From: an uncultured Clostridia bacterium
Lineage (GTDB): Bacteria; Bacillota; Clostridia; TANB77; CAG-508
Assembly (NCBI GenBank): GCA_963558405.1
Contig: CAUWGC010000011.1
Span: 1 to 61,941, forward strand
Direction: 5' to 3'
Length of the DNA stretch: 61,941 nucleotides
Shown: positions 42,403-53,774 of the stretch, piece by piece
Numbering within the stretch: position 1 is the first letter of the stretch
Layout: each line of letters opens with the position of its first letter
Made by a program: the position numbers and the translations under genes
Notes under the pieces: generated by a model
Database searches by the model: none
Told to the model about the DNA's origin: nothing
The model's input: the letters and a program-made list of their open reading frames with translations, nothing else

Positions 42403-43903
42403 TTATATTTAATAATAAGATTGCACCATATAAACTTAAAAATAACATATTAATAGACTTTCCAAATACATGGCCAGAAAGATATGCAATAATGCATAAA
42501 CAAGAAAGAGACATTATAATTGCACCATTTTGTAAATTCATTTTTTCTTTATATTTTATAAGCATTTTTATTCCTGAATATACTAATATTCCGATAAAAG
42601 GTCCTATTAATAATATTAGTCCTATAATACCAAAGATATAATATTGATAAACATAATCCCTTTCAGCATCTGGTATATTACTTGTATATCCCATTCCTAA
42701 CAAAACGTCTGCTTTATTATTGTTTCTTTCCATTATTCTGTTTAACACATCTATCTTTAATTTACGATTATCTCTATTTAAATTTCTATCTCTACTTAAT
42801 AATTCTCCCCAAAATTCAGGATCATCTTTTACTGGATACATTGGTATAAAATCTTCACTAATATAATAATAGTAATAATTTTCTTTTACATACTTTTCTA
42901 ATGCTGCAACCTCTGTCAAAATTGTTTCTCCAGGTTTTTCTTCTGCTTCTTCTCTTTCTTCTTGTTCTACTTTTACAAAATTTCCATATCTTAATCTTCC
43001 TGGTGAAATATTATATAATGCAAACCCACCTATTATAATAACAATCAATGTTGGTATAAAAATCCAATTTTTTATGTTATCCCATTTTAATATTTTTAAT
43101 CCTATTGAATATATTAGCATAGCAATGCAGACTAATAAAACTCCCATAGCTGAAGTTTTGGTTCCAACCATAATCATAGCAGTCATTTGTAATAATAATA
43201 GACCTGTTGTTTTCCAGTTTGTATTTTTTATCATTTCATATACTATAATAGGAGCTAATGAAAAAAGTAAAGCACTAATTTGATTTGCAGAATAAAACCA
43301 TCCTTTTGATGTATATGCTTCCAAATCGTTTTGGCTTGAACTTAAGCTAAGCCATGAAAATATTCCACCTTTTATTTTTTCTAATTCTAGACTATATGAA
43401 ACAAGTGAAACGCCAAAAATATTAGTTATAACTATACATGCAGAAATTGTAAAAGTTACAATTTTTACAATATTTATAAATGTTTTATTTGACATTCCTA
43501 GTTCATAAATACATATCATTATTATAATAGGCATGATATATGCTCTTATAATAAAGTAAAATTCTGTAATTATATTAATATCTGATTCTGAATATATACT
43601 TCTATCAAATTTATTTACATTTATATAGTGAAAAATCATATATATCACAAGTGATATACAATATAAGCTATAGAATATTATCTTATTTTTTTTCCTTTCT
43701 TTAAATATTTTATATGCACAAACCACAAAGAAAAAAATTGCAAATAATATATTAATAATCTGCTCTAAAGCAATTGGACCTATACTAACTGTATCTTCAA
43801 AAAAAGCTCTATATATTTCTACAAATGGTTGTAAAATAAAAAATATTAAAAATACCATTTCTATATTAATTTTGTTAAGTAATGTATCTATTTTACTAGT
43901 CAT
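42371..43903 (-). CDS. O-antigen ligase/polymerase-like membrane protein
   Basis: Many TM helices, GWFYSANQIS, GTKT, LGMGY, GHV; lies in the polysaccharide cluster. Confidence 0.8.
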   Translation of the reverse strand: MTSKIDTLLNKINIEMVFLIFFILQPFVEIYRAFFEDTVSIGPIALEQIINILFAIFFFVVCAYKIFKERKKNKIIFYSLYCISLVIYMIFHYINVNKFDRSIYSESDINIITEFYFIIRAYIMPIIIMICIYELGMSNKTFINIVKIVTFTISACIVITNIFGVSLVSYSLELEKIKGGIFSWLSLSSSQNDLEAYTSKGWFYSANQISALLFSLAPIIVYEMIKNTNWKTTGLLLLQMTAMIMVGTKTSAMGVLLVCIAMLIYSIGLKILKWDNIKNWIFIPTLIVIIIGGFALYNISPGRLRYGNFVKVEQEEREEAEEKPGETILTEVAALEKYVKENYYYYYISEDFIPMYPVKDDPEFWGELLSRDRNLNRDNRKLKIDVLNRIMERNNNKADVLLGMGYTSNIPDAERDYVYQYYIFGIIGLILLIGPFIGILVYSGIKMLIKYKEKMNLQNGAIIMSLSCLCIIAYLSGHVFGKSINMLFLSLYGAILLLNINGKNKENMEE

Positions 43904-44873
43904 TCTTCTTCCTCCTAAATAAATGTTTTAACTTTTGTAGTTTTTTTAATAAATTATATTGTTTTTTATAAAAAATTTTAGCATATATATTTTTCTTTCT
44001 AGATTGTTTTTTTATATATTCATTCTTTTCCCAACAAGGAAAATTATTTTTAAAAAAGTCCGAAATAATATTTATATCTTCATATTTTTCAAATTTATAT
44101 AAATATAGTGATAATTCAACCAATACATGTTCATAATACAAGTATTCTATTTCCTTTAAATAGTTTCCTTGTAAATTTTCTTCTAATTTTTGAATTGCGC
44201 TTAATACATGTTTTCTTCTTTCTTGATAACCTTGTTTTCTCATTAGTGAATCTGGAGTTTGAACATAACATACTACAGGTATAGGATAATAATATATCTT
44301 TTGAGCTGAATTTACTAAACTTAGCATTGCAGTAATATCTTCTCCTATTGTTATGTTTTTTTCAAATCTAATCTTATTATTTTTTTCAAAACATTCTCTT
44401 TTTATCCATTTATTCCAAACGCAAGGAAGTGATAATAAGTATTCTTCTTTGCTTACCTCACCTTCTTTTTTTATATCTCTTGCTGGATAATATTCTTTTG
44501 ATTGTTCTTTTACCTTATATGCATCATAAAAAATAATATCATATATACCTTTATCAGCTATTTTTTCTATTTTTGAATATGAATTTTCTTCCAAATAATC
44601 ATCGCTATCCAAAAAAGTTATATATTCTCCTTTAGCATTTTCTAATCCAATATTTCTTGCAGAAGAACTTCCTTCATTTTCTTTGTCTATTAAATTTATT
44701 ATAGAAGGATATTTTTGTTTATATTTATTTATAATTTCTAAAGAATTATCACTACTTCCATCATTCACAATAACAATTTCGTAGTCTTTCAAATTTTGTT
44801 TAATAATACTTAACAAACACCTATCTAAATATTTTTCTACATTATATACAGGAACTATAACACTAACTTTCAT
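43896..44873 (-). CDS. Glycosyltransferase family 2
   Basis: SVIVPVYNVE, VNDGSSD, FLDSDD, GED. Confidence 0.95.
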   Translation of the reverse strand: MKVSVIVPVYNVEKYLDRCLLSIIKQNLKDYEIVIVNDGSSDNSLEIINKYKQKYPSIINLIDKENEGSSSARNIGLENAKGEYITFLDSDDYLEENSYSKIEKIADKGIYDIIFYDAYKVKEQSKEYYPARDIKKEGEVSKEEYLLSLPCVWNKWIKRECFEKNNKIRFEKNITIGEDITAMLSLVNSAQKIYYYPIPVVCYVQTPDSLMRKQGYQERRKHVLSAIQKLEENLQGNYLKEIEYLYYEHVLVELSLYLYKFEKYEDINIISDFFKNNFPCWEKNEYIKKQSRKKNIYAKIFYKKQYNLLKKLQKLKHLFRRKKND

Positions 44874-46389
44874 TTAGCATTCCCCTTTTCTAAATCTTCT
44901 CTTAAAAATATCTATAACTCTTTGTAAAAAATAAGCTTGTTTAAATGCAACATAAATTCCTAGTGAAGCCAGCAAATTTACTATAAATAATATTGTAGCA
45001 TATAAAAACCAATTTATATAAGAATTTGTTGGTACCTCTGGAAATACAATTGACCACACTATTACTAATAATAATATAATTATTATATAACCTATATTAA
45101 TTTGGTAATACTTCTTTACTGGCTCTGAAAATAGCTTTTTATATATAATAATAGGTTTTATAAAATAATCTGATACCAAATAAGCAATAAATGTAGCAAA
45201 TAGAACTCCTGGTAGTCCTATAACCTGAATTAAAATAAATGATAAACTTAAATTAACAATACTTTCTATAATAGGACACATTCTAGTTTCTTTAAATAAT
45301 CCAGCTGAATTCATATATGTATTTATCGGCATTCTTATTATTGTATAAAATAAATTTAGAACAAATGCTATTGCAAGTAGCACTGTTGTCTCTATTCTTC
45401 CTTCATGCCAAATTTGAATAAAACTATTTATTACCATTACAAGCGGTACACAAATTATAGTAGCTATAAAAAATGATAATGCATTATACTCTTTAAATAA
45501 GCTATATGCTTTTTCTTTACTTGTTGCAATTAGGTCACCTACCCCTGCAATTGCAGAGTTTCCAATTTTACTTACAATATTTGCGACATTATCTGTAATA
45601 TATAAATATTGACTATAAATGGATGCATATGTTAATCCCTTCATAATAGTAATAATTAAAGTATCTACATTATATGCGACAATCGTTCCTACTTTATGTA
45701 CTAATAAACTTTTAACATCTGATAATATCTCAAAACTTTTTTCTTTTTTCTTAAATTCAATATTAGGATATGATTTTTTTGAAATTAAATATATAATAAG
45801 ACTTGTAATAAAATTAGAAATTGCAAGTAGTATTAATATTCCTACTAATCCTTGACCATTCATAATTACAAAAATCTCAATAATTCCTTTTATTACAGTA
45901 ATACCTTGTATTACTATATTAGTTATATATTTTCTCTGGTTAGCTTCATATATAACTTGATTAGTAATTGTAAAATATGAAAATACACTACTAACCAAAT
46001 AAATCATAAATGTCCCCTGTACATACCAATAATCAAAGGGATTATCCTTAATTATAATAGGTACTAAAAAAGAAACTATTGTACCAATTACAAAAATAAG
46101 AACAGCTATTACTTGAAAAATAACTCTTGATCCGTGAAAGAATACTGCTAACAGTTTCATCATCCTTTTCCGCAATTGGTTTATATAGTCTATATAGTAT
46201 TGCACTTGTTAGTCCTCCATCTACAATTGTAATATATCTCATAATTTGTGAATAATTAGTATATAATCCATTTACATCTGTACCTAAGTTTGCAATAAAA
46301 AAATGTGATTTTATCAAACCTATAAGTGCAAGTAAAATCTGGGGAATAATATCTGAAATAATAGTTAATATTGCTTTTTTTGTTCTCAA
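44874..46389 (-). CDS. Polysaccharide flippase (Wzx/MATE-like), 504 aa via a +1 shift at CGG (46134)
   Basis: TTG start at 46389 with AAGGAG RBS; LGTDVNGL...LYKPIA...SILS, then the +1 frame GSRVIFQVIA and the remaining TM helices. Confidence 0.88.
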
Positions 46390-46567
46390 TCTAAAAACTC
46401 CTTTTTTAATCTTACTTGAAAAGTATATAATAAGTAACAATTTTTTTCAATAAAAAGCTTCAATTTTTATAAAAAAAGACTAAATACCTTTTTAGTGGTA
46501 TTTAATCCTTCTTATTATAAATATGATTTTATACATTATACACAATAAAATTAAAAATTAAAAAGAT

Positions 46568-46999
46568 TTAAATTGTATTTTTTCTTAAACACTCTGTCCT
46601 TTCATCAAGCATTTTAATATCATCCCAAATTCCGTGAATAGCATATTTTATTTGTTCTACATCTTGTCTTAATTCTTTAGTTTCTTTTTCTACTTTATCT
46701 AATCTTCTATTTACTTTGTCAAATTCTTGTTTCATTTCTTCTCTTAGTTCTTGTTTTGTTGCTGCTATCTCTTCTCTCAATTCTTGTTTTGTTGCTGCTA
46801 TCTCTTCTCTCAATTCTTGTTTTGTCGCTGCTATCTCTTCTCTCAATTCTTGTTTTGTTACTTCTATTTCTTCTTTTAATTCTGTTTTTGTTTCTTCCAT
46901 TTTTTCTTTTAAATCATTCATGGAATTTACCATTTCATTTTTAAAGTTTATAAATTCTTTTGAAAAATTATTAAAATATTTAAGTAATTCTTCATTCAT
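46568..46999 (-). CDS. Coiled-coil protein with 11-aa tandem repeats
   Basis: TKQELREEIAA repeats; GGAGGT RBS. Confidence 0.8.
   Translation of the reverse strand: MNEELLKYFNNFSKEFINFKNEMVNSMNDLKEKMEETKTELKEEIEVTKQELREEIAATKQELREEIAATKQELREEIAATKQELREEMKQEFDKVNRRLDKVEKETKELRQDVEQIKYAIHGIWDDIKMLDERTECLRKNTI
46735..46895. repeat. 33-bp coding tandem repeat (~5 units, 3 near-identical)
   Basis: Unit TTCTTGTTTTGTTGCTGCTATCTCTTCTCTCAA. Confidence 0.92.
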
Positions 47000-47195
47000 A
47001 TTACCACCTCCGATATTAGAAAAAATAATTGTTTGAAAAAATTAGTTTAGAATAAAATTCGTATAATGTATAAATTAACAATACTATATATTTTTATTTA
47101 TATTTTGTCAATACTTTTTTTGTCATTTAATCAATTTAATAAAAAATAGAGATTAAAACATTTAAGTTTTATCCCTATTTATCATTTAAATAATT

Positions 47196-48446
47196 TTAAA
47201 TTAATTCTTTTTTTAATTCTGCAACTTCGTCAATTTTAATGCTTCTAACATGGTTAATTTTTTCCCATTTTGTATTTCTCTTAAATAAACATTTAAAGTT
47301 AATTGCAAGCCATGATCCTAAGAATAATGGATAACATAACAATCCTTTAATCATAGGTCTAATTGGTCTTTTATCTAGTGCCATTATAAGAATTGCTGTA
47401 CCTATAGGCAATAAAAATGTTGGTATAATATATCTTCCAAAATTAACTAATAAATCTGCACCAGTCATTCCATTTCCTAAATACATTGCTATATTTAATA
47501 ATAGTAAAACAATTGTAAGAACAAACATTGGTATACTTCCAAGTATATATAACAATCCATCAAAATTCATTAATGTTTTATGCTCTTTAACTGCTAACGC
47601 TAATTTTTTTGTATATAATTCTATACATTGAATATGTCCAACTGTCCATCTACTTCTTTGTGACCAACTTTGCTTAAATCCTACTGGTTGTTCATCATAT
47701 ACAATTGCATCTGTTGCCCATCCTAATTTTTTACCTCTTATAATACGTTTTAAAGAAAATTCAATATCTTCAGTTAAAGTCTCTGTATCCCATCCGTTTG
47801 GTTTAACTACATCAAAACGTACCATAAAACCAGTTCCATTAATTAATGGAGACAATCCTAAGTTATATCTTGCTAAATGATAAAAACGGTTCATTGTCCA
47901 GTAAAAAATTGCATATCCTGCTGTAACCCAACTATCTGTTGGATTTTTAATATCTCTGTACCCTTGAACAACGTCTTCACCTTGACATAATTTTTTATTC
48001 ATATTTTTTATAAAATTAACATCAACAATGTTGTCTGCATCAAATATTAAGAAAGCATCATATGGTGCATTTTCTTGTATTTTTTGACCTAAAAACCAAT
48101 TTAATGCATAACCCTTTGTTTTTTTAGAAGGATCAAACCTTTCATACACAATAGCACCAGCTTTTCTTGCAACTTCTGCTGTGTTGTCTGTGCAGTTATC
48201 TGCTATTACGTATATATCATATAATTCTTTTGGATAATCTTGTTTTTTTAAACTTTCTATTAAATTTGCAACCACAGATTCTTCGTTATGTGCAGGTATG
48301 ATAGCCATAAATCTGTTATTTTTTTCTTCTAATATTGGTTTATCTTTTAATTTTACTAAAGAACATATACTTACCATTAATTGATATAACCAAAATATTG
48401 TAATAACCCAAACTAGAGCTTGTTGAATAATATACAAATACTCCAT
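47196..48446 (-). CDS. Membrane glycosyltransferase family 2 (processive type)
   Basis: PAHNEE, ADNCTD, FDADN, TED and QRSRW motifs. Confidence 0.93.
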   Translation of the reverse strand: MEYLYIIQQALVWVITIFWLYQLMVSICSLVKLKDKPILEEKNNRFMAIIPAHNEESVVANLIESLKKQDYPKELYDIYVIADNCTDNTAEVARKAGAIVYERFDPSKKTKGYALNWFLGQKIQENAPYDAFLIFDADNIVDVNFIKNMNKKLCQGEDVVQGYRDIKNPTDSWVTAGYAIFYWTMNRFYHLARYNLGLSPLINGTGFMVRFDVVKPNGWDTETLTEDIEFSLKRIIRGKKLGWATDAIVYDEQPVGFKQSWSQRSRWTVGHIQCIELYTKKLALAVKEHKTLMNFDGLLYILGSIPMFVLTIVLLLLNIAMYLGNGMTGADLLVNFGRYIIPTFLLPIGTAILIMALDKRPIRPMIKGLLCYPLFLGSWLAINFKCLFKRNTKWEKINHVRSIKIDEVAELKKELI

Positions 48447-48576
48447 ATTTTATCTCCTTTTGTTTTTTCTATTATTTCTTTTTATGTTTCTATTTTATTC
48501 ATGTCCTTTATTATTATACTATTAGTCCTTTAATTTTGCAACTTTAATTCTCATTATTAATAATATATTAATAATT

Positions 48577-50712
48577 TTATTCTTCTTTATTTTCTGTTTC
48601 CTCGTTCTGCTTTGTTTCTAGGTCCTTCATGCTTAAATTAATTCTTCCCTGTTCATCTATTTCAGTTACTTTAACTGTAACTTCATCTCCTACTGCTAAA
48701 ACATCTTCTACTTTATCAATTCTCTTGCTTGAAATTTTAGAAATATGTAGTAAACCTTCTTTTCCATTTCCTACATCTATAAAAGCTCCAAATGGCATAA
48801 TTTTTGTAACTATTCCTTCATAAATTCCACCTGGTTCAATTTCTCTAACTATATCTTCAATCATCTTAATTGCTTTTTTACTACTTTCTCCATCATTAGA
48901 ATATACACATACTCTTCCATCTTCTTCGATGTCAATTTTAACACCAGTTTCTTCTATAATTTTATTAATAACTTTTCCACCAGTTCCTATTACTTCACGT
49001 ATTTTATCTACTTTAATTTGCATTGTTTCAATTCTTGGAGCATATTTAGAAAGTTCTGCTCTTGGTTTATCTATTTGTTTTAGCATAATTTCATCTAATA
49101 TATAATCTCTTGCTACTTTTGTTCTTTCAAAAGCCTCTTTTATAATATCATAACTTAATCCATCAACTTTAATATCAACTTGGATAGCGGTTATTCCATC
49201 TTTGGTTCCACCAACTTTAAAATCCATATCTCCAAAGAAATCTTCAATTCCTTGAATATCTGTAAGCATTACATATTCATCTGGATTATCTGGATTTGTA
49301 ACAAGTCCTGTTGAAATTCCTGCTACTGGTTTCTTAATAGGAACGCCAGCATCCATTAAAGCAAGTGTACTACCACAAATACTAGCTTGTGAAGTAGAAC
49401 CATTTGAAGAAAGTACCTCTGACACAACACGTATTGCATAAGGAAATTCGTCTTCTGATGGAATTACTGGAACTAATGCTTTTTCTGCTAGAGCACCATG
49501 TCCCACTTCTCTTCTTCCTGGTCCACGTGATGGTCTTGCTTCTCCTACTGAATATGATGGAAAGTTATATTGGTGCATATATCTTTTACTTTCCTCTAAA
49601 TCTATTCCATCAAGCATTTGCTCTTCACTTTTCATTCCTAAAGTAACAATAGACATAACTTGTGTTTGACCTCTTGTAAATATAGCACTGCCATGTACTC
49701 TTGGTAGTATTCCAACTTCACAAGATAATGGTCTTATTTCATCTAATTTTCTTCCATCTGGTCTTTTATGTTCTTTAAAAATCATTTCTCTAACACATTT
49801 CTTTTCTAAATCATGAATAGAATCCGCAATGTTTCTTTTATTTTCTTCTAAAGCTTCTTCTCCATGTTTTTCTAAAAAGAAATTATTAATATCTTCTGTT
49901 ATTTTTTCAATATTAGCATCTCTAGTTTCTTTATCTGGAGCTTGTACATCTTGATACATTCTTTCTTTAAAATTTTCTTCTATTTCTGCATAAACATCTT
50001 TATCTACTGCAAAAGACTTATATTCCATTTTTGGTTTTCCAATTTGTGTTTTAATATCAGAAATAAATTCACATAGCTTTTTAATTTCTACATGAGCTTT
50101 TTTTATTGCTTCCAACATAATATCATTAGGTATTTCTTCTGCCCCTGCTTCTATCATAGCTATTTTTTCTTTTGTACCAGCTACTGTTAAAGTTAATCTA
50201 CTATTTTTTCTTTGTTCTTCTGTTGGATTTATAATAATTTCTCCATCTACATATCCCACATTAACTGCTGCAGTTGGTCCTCCAAAAGGAATATCAGAAA
50301 TAGAAAGTGCACAAGATGCTCCTATCATAGCACAAACCTCTGGTGAATTATCTTGGTCAACTGAAAGAACAGTAGCAACTACTACAGTATCATTTCTAAA
50401 ATCTTTTGGAAATAATGGTCTTAATGGTCTATCTATTGCACGTGAAGTTAAAATTGCTTTATCTGAAGGTTTTCCTTCCCTTTTTTGAAAACTTCCTGGT
50501 ATTTTACCAACAGCATATAATTTTTCTTCATAATCTACAGATAATGGGAAAAAGTCAATATCATCCTTTGGTTCTTTTGCCGCTGTGACGTTTACCATTA
50601 CAACTGTATCTCCATATCTTACTACTACATTTCCATTAGCAAGTTCAGCTAGTTTTCCTGTTTCTATAACTAATTTTCTACCAGCTAACTCTGTTTCAAA
50701 ACTTTTAAACAT
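48577..50712 (-). CDS. pnp: Polyribonucleotide nucleotidyltransferase
   Basis: [32 protein letters not shown]; KH and S1 domains. Confidence 0.99.
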   Translation of the reverse strand: MFKSFETELAGRKLVIETGKLAELANGNVVVRYGDTVVMVNVTAAKEPKDDIDFFPLSVDYEEKLYAVGKIPGSFQKREGKPSDKAILTSRAIDRPLRPLFPKDFRNDTVVVATVLSVDQDNSPEVCAMIGASCALSISDIPFGGPTAAVNVGYVDGEIIINPTEEQRKNSRLTLTVAGTKEKIAMIEAGAEEIPNDIMLEAIKKAHVEIKKLCEFISDIKTQIGKPKMEYKSFAVDKDVYAEIEENFKERMYQDVQAPDKETRDANIEKITEDINNFFLEKHGEEALEENKRNIADSIHDLEKKCVREMIFKEHKRPDGRKLDEIRPLSCEVGILPRVHGSAIFTRGQTQVMSIVTLGMKSEEQMLDGIDLEESKRYMHQYNFPSYSVGEARPSRGPGRREVGHGALAEKALVPVIPSEDEFPYAIRVVSEVLSSNGSTSQASICGSTLALMDAGVPIKKPVAGISTGLVTNPDNPDEYVMLTDIQGIEDFFGDMDFKVGGTKDGITAIQVDIKVDGLSYDIIKEAFERTKVARDYILDEIMLKQIDKPRAELSKYAPRIETMQIKVDKIREVIGTGGKVINKIIEETGVKIDIEEDGRVCVYSNDGESSKKAIKMIEDIVREIEPGGIYEGIVTKIMPFGAFIDVGNGKEGLLHISKISSKRIDKVEDVLAVGDEVTVKVTEIDEQGRINLSMKDLETKQNEETENKEE

Positions 50713-50736
50713 AAAATCCTCCTAATTTAAATTTTT

Positions 50737-50828
50737 CAAAATACTTTTAAATTAGACTGTAACCTCTATTATCCGTAAAAATAAATTTTGCGGATAATAC
50801 AAGCTACTTCTATATTAAAAGTATTTTG
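50737..50828 (-). promoter_or_regulatory. Long stem-loop in the pnp 5' leader (putative RNase III site)
   Basis: CAAAATACTTTTAA/TTAAAAGTATTTTG outer stem and TATTATCCGTAAAA/TTTTGCGGATAATA inner stem. Confidence 0.7.
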
Positions 50829-50832
50829 TTTT

Positions 50833-50861
50833 AAAAAAGGGCGCAATATAAGATAGCGCCC
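50833..50861 (-). terminator. rpsO terminator
   Basis: GGGCGC/GCGCCC stem followed by T6 on the minus strand. Confidence 0.85.
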
Positions 50862-50868
50862 ACTTGTT

Positions 50869-51132
50869 TTATTTTCTTAATCCTAATTTTTCAACGATAT
50901 CTCTGTATCTTTGAATATCTTTTTTAGCTAAGTAATTTAATAAATTTCTTCTAGAACCAACCATTTTTAAAAGACCACGTCTAGAATGATTATCTTTAAC
51001 ATGAACTTTTAAATGTTCTGTAAGTTCATTAATTCTTTCTGTTAAAAGAGCTATTTGAACCTCTGGTGATCCAGTATCTTTTTCATCTCTACGATAAGTA
51101 TTAATTACTTCTTGTTTTCTTTCCTTTGTCAT
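50869..51132 (-). CDS. rpsO: 30S ribosomal protein S15
   Basis: [13 protein letters not shown]...DNHSRRGL. Confidence 0.99.
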   Translation of the reverse strand: MTKERKQEVINTYRRDEKDTGSPEVQIALLTERINELTEHLKVHVKDNHSRRGLLKMVGSRRNLLNYLAKKDIQRYRDIVEKLGLRK

Positions 51133-51139
51133 TAAAAGG

Positions 51140-51218
51140 CACCTCCTAAATTTTTATTTGCCTTAAACTGAGAAAAAGTGGAGATTTATTCCTATTTCTA
51201 AGTCTAAGGTATAGCAGT
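51140..51218 (-). promoter_or_regulatory. Putative S15 autoregulatory leader
   Basis: CCTTAGACTTAGAAA...TTTCTCAGTTTAAGG hairpin immediately 5' of the GGAGG RBS. Confidence 0.55.
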
Positions 51219-51329
51219 ATTATTTTACTACATCTTACACTAAAAAGCAAGCATTTTGCTTGAATTTTATATATATTTATGAGATAATATCTAATGTTTA
51301 AATTAAAAATAATTATAAGGTGTTTATAT

Positions 51330-53714
51330 ATGGATGAAAAAAATTTTGTTACATTAGAATATACAAAAATACTAGAAAAGTTATCAAATTATACTTATAC
51401 CTATTTAGGCAAAGAAATGTGTTTGAATTTAAAACCAAGTTCTAATAATGATTTTGTAAAATTAGAGCTTTCAAAAACAACAGAAGCAGTTAGTCTTTTA
51501 ACTAGAGTTGGAAAACCTCCTATTTCTGAAATTTCAAATATTTTTCTTCCTATAAAAAAATTAGATAGTGGTATGCCACTTTTAGCTAAAGAATTATTAG
51601 ATATTGCAAGTATTTTAAAAATGGCTAGAAATTTAAAAGATTATTTTTACTTTTCTGATGATGAGGAAATACAATCAAATTTTCCAAATCTTTTTGATTA
51701 TTTCTCTTCTCTTTATACAAACTCTAACATAGAAAACAAAATATTTGCAAGTATTTTAGATGAAGATACAATATCTGATGACGCATCCTCTACTTTAAAA
51801 GAATTACGTAGAAATATAAGAAAAGCTGAAAACGAAATAAAAGAAAAATTAAATAATATGATTCATTCTTCTAGTTATTCTAAATATTTACAAGAACCTG
51901 TTATAACTATAAGAAACGATAGATTTGTAATACCTGTAAAAGAAGAATATCGCTCTTTTGTAAAAGGATTTATTCATGATATGTCTGCTAGTGGTTCTAC
52001 GGTATTTATTGAACCTATTGCTATTTTTGACTTAAATAATAAGATTTCTAATCTAAAAATAGAAGAAACAATAGAAATTCAAAAAATATTAGAAAAATTA
52101 TCATCATTTATTATACCAATTACAAACGAGATAAAATCAAATGTAAAAACTATAGCTAATCTTGATTTTTATTTTGCCAAAGCATACTATTCTGAAAACT
52201 TAAATGCAATAGAACCTATAATTTCTTCTGAAAAAGAAATTATATTAAATAAAGCAAGACATCCACTTTTAAATCCAAATACTGTTGTTCCTATTGATAT
52301 ATCTTTAGGAAAAGACTATAGTTGCTTAGTAATTACAGGGCCAAATACAGGTGGAAAAACGGTAAGTTTAAAAACTGTTGGTTTACTTTGTTTAATGGCA
52401 TGCTCTGGTTTGCATATTCCAGCAAAAGAAGGAAGTAAACTTTATGTGTTTGATCACATATTTGCTGATATTGGAGATGAACAAAGTATAGAAGCATCAC
52501 TTAGTACTTTCTCTTCACACATGGTTAATATCTCCAATATAGTAAATAAGGCTACGCCTAATAGTCTTGTACTATTAGACGAATTAGGTTCTGGTACAGA
52601 TCCACAAGAAGGAAGTAGCCTAGCAATTAGCATATTAGATTATCTTTTTAAAAAGGATATGCTTATACTTGCCACAACACATTATCCCGAAATGAAAAAT
52701 TATGCATTAGTTACAAATGGTTTTAAAAATGCAAGTTGTGAATTTGATGTAGAAAATCTAAAACCTACATATAAACTTTTAATTGGTATTCCTGGAAAAA
52801 GTAATGCTTTTGCAATTAGCAAAAAATTAGGACTGCTAGATGAAATTCTACAAAATGCAAAAAATTATCTTAATCCTAATTCTATTTCTATTGAAGAATT
52901 ATTAAAAGAAATTTATGATAATAAAATAAAAATAGAAAAAGACAAAGAAGAAATAGAAAAAAACAAAAATCAAATTGTATTGTTACGTAAATCTTTGGAA
53001 AGGGACAATACCATATTAAAAGAAAAAGAATCTTCTATTATAGAAAATGCAAAAGAACAAGCTCGAGATATTTTGTTTAAAGCAAAAAATGAAGCCACAC
53101 AAATCATTCGTGATTTAAACACTATAGAGTCAGAACCAGATTCTATAAAAAAAGCAAATCAGCTTCGTAATAAAATTAATGAAGATTTAAAAAAAATACA
53201 ACCGTCTATAAAAAACAATACTGTAAAAACTACATCTCTAAAAAAAGAACAAATTACAGTAGGAATGTCCGTTTTTGTTTCTACTTGGAATCAAATAGGA
53301 ACAGTAACCTCACTTCCTAACAAAGAAAATGAAGTTACCGTACAAATTGGTAGTATAAAAATGAATGTACCTATTAGTAATATTTCAAAATCAGAAAAAA
53401 GTACAAATCAAAAAATACATGTAGAAAGAAATTATAAATCTTCAAGCTCTTCTTTAAAATCTAAAAATGTAACAACAGAAATAAATGTAATTGGTTTAAA
53501 TGTAGAAGAAGCAACTTTAGTTGTAGATAAATTTTTAGATGATGCAATTATTTCTCATCTATCTACTGTTAGAATTGTACATGGAAAAGGAACTGGTACT
53601 TTACGAAATGGCATACAACAATTTCTAAAAAAACATCCTCATGTAGAATCTTACCGCATAGGTAACTATGGTGAAGGTGAAATGGGAGTTACAATTGTTA
53701 CTTTAAAAAAATAA
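51330..53714 (+). CDS. mutS2: Endonuclease MutS2
   Basis: ITGPNTGGKT, SLSTFSSHM, DELGSGTDP, Smr domain HGKGTG. Confidence 0.97.
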   Translation: MDEKNFVTLEYTKILEKLSNYTYTYLGKEMCLNLKPSSNNDFVKLELSKTTEAVSLLTRVGKPPISEISNIFLPIKKLDSGMPLLAKELLDIASILKMARNLKDYFYFSDDEEIQSNFPNLFDYFSSLYTNSNIENKIFASILDEDTISDDASSTLKELRRNIRKAENEIKEKLNNMIHSSSYSKYLQEPVITIRNDRFVIPVKEEYRSFVKGFIHDMSASGSTVFIEPIAIFDLNNKISNLKIEETIEIQKILEKLSSFIIPITNEIKSNVKTIANLDFYFAKAYYSENLNAIEPIISSEKEIILNKARHPLLNPNTVVPIDISLGKDYSCLVITGPNTGGKTVSLKTVGLLCLMACSGLHIPAKEGSKLYVFDHIFADIGDEQSIEASLSTFSSHMVNISNIVNKATPNSLVLLDELGSGTDPQEGSSLAISILDYLFKKDMLILATTHYPEMKNYALVTNGFKNASCEFDVENLKPTYKLLIGIPGKSNAFAISKKLGLLDEILQNAKNYLNPNSISIEELLKEIYDNKIKIEKDKEEIEKNKNQIVLLRKSLERDNTILKEKESSIIENAKEQARDILFKAKNEATQIIRDLNTIESEPDSIKKANQLRNKINEDLKKIQPSIKNNTVKTTSLKKEQITVGMSVFVSTWNQIGTVTSLPNKENEVTVQIGSIKMNVPISNISKSEKSTNQKIHVERNYKSSSSSLKSKNVTTEINVIGLNVEEATLVVDKFLDDAIISHLSTVRIVHGKGTGTLRNGIQQFLKKHPHVESYRIGNYGEGEMGVTIVTLKK

Positions 53715-53734
53715 TTTTTTAACACCATATCAAT

Positions 53735-53769
53735 AAAAGCAGTAAGTATTAAAAACTTACTGCTTTTTT
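53735..53769. terminator. Bidirectional terminator
   Basis: AAAAGCAGTAAGT/ACTTACTGCTTTT stem between convergent genes. Confidence 0.85.
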
Positions 53770-53774
53770 ATGTT

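Noticed and set aside
46735-46895. 33-bp repeats as a CRISPR array
   Set aside because: No spacers, an in-frame coding repeat, and no cas genes.
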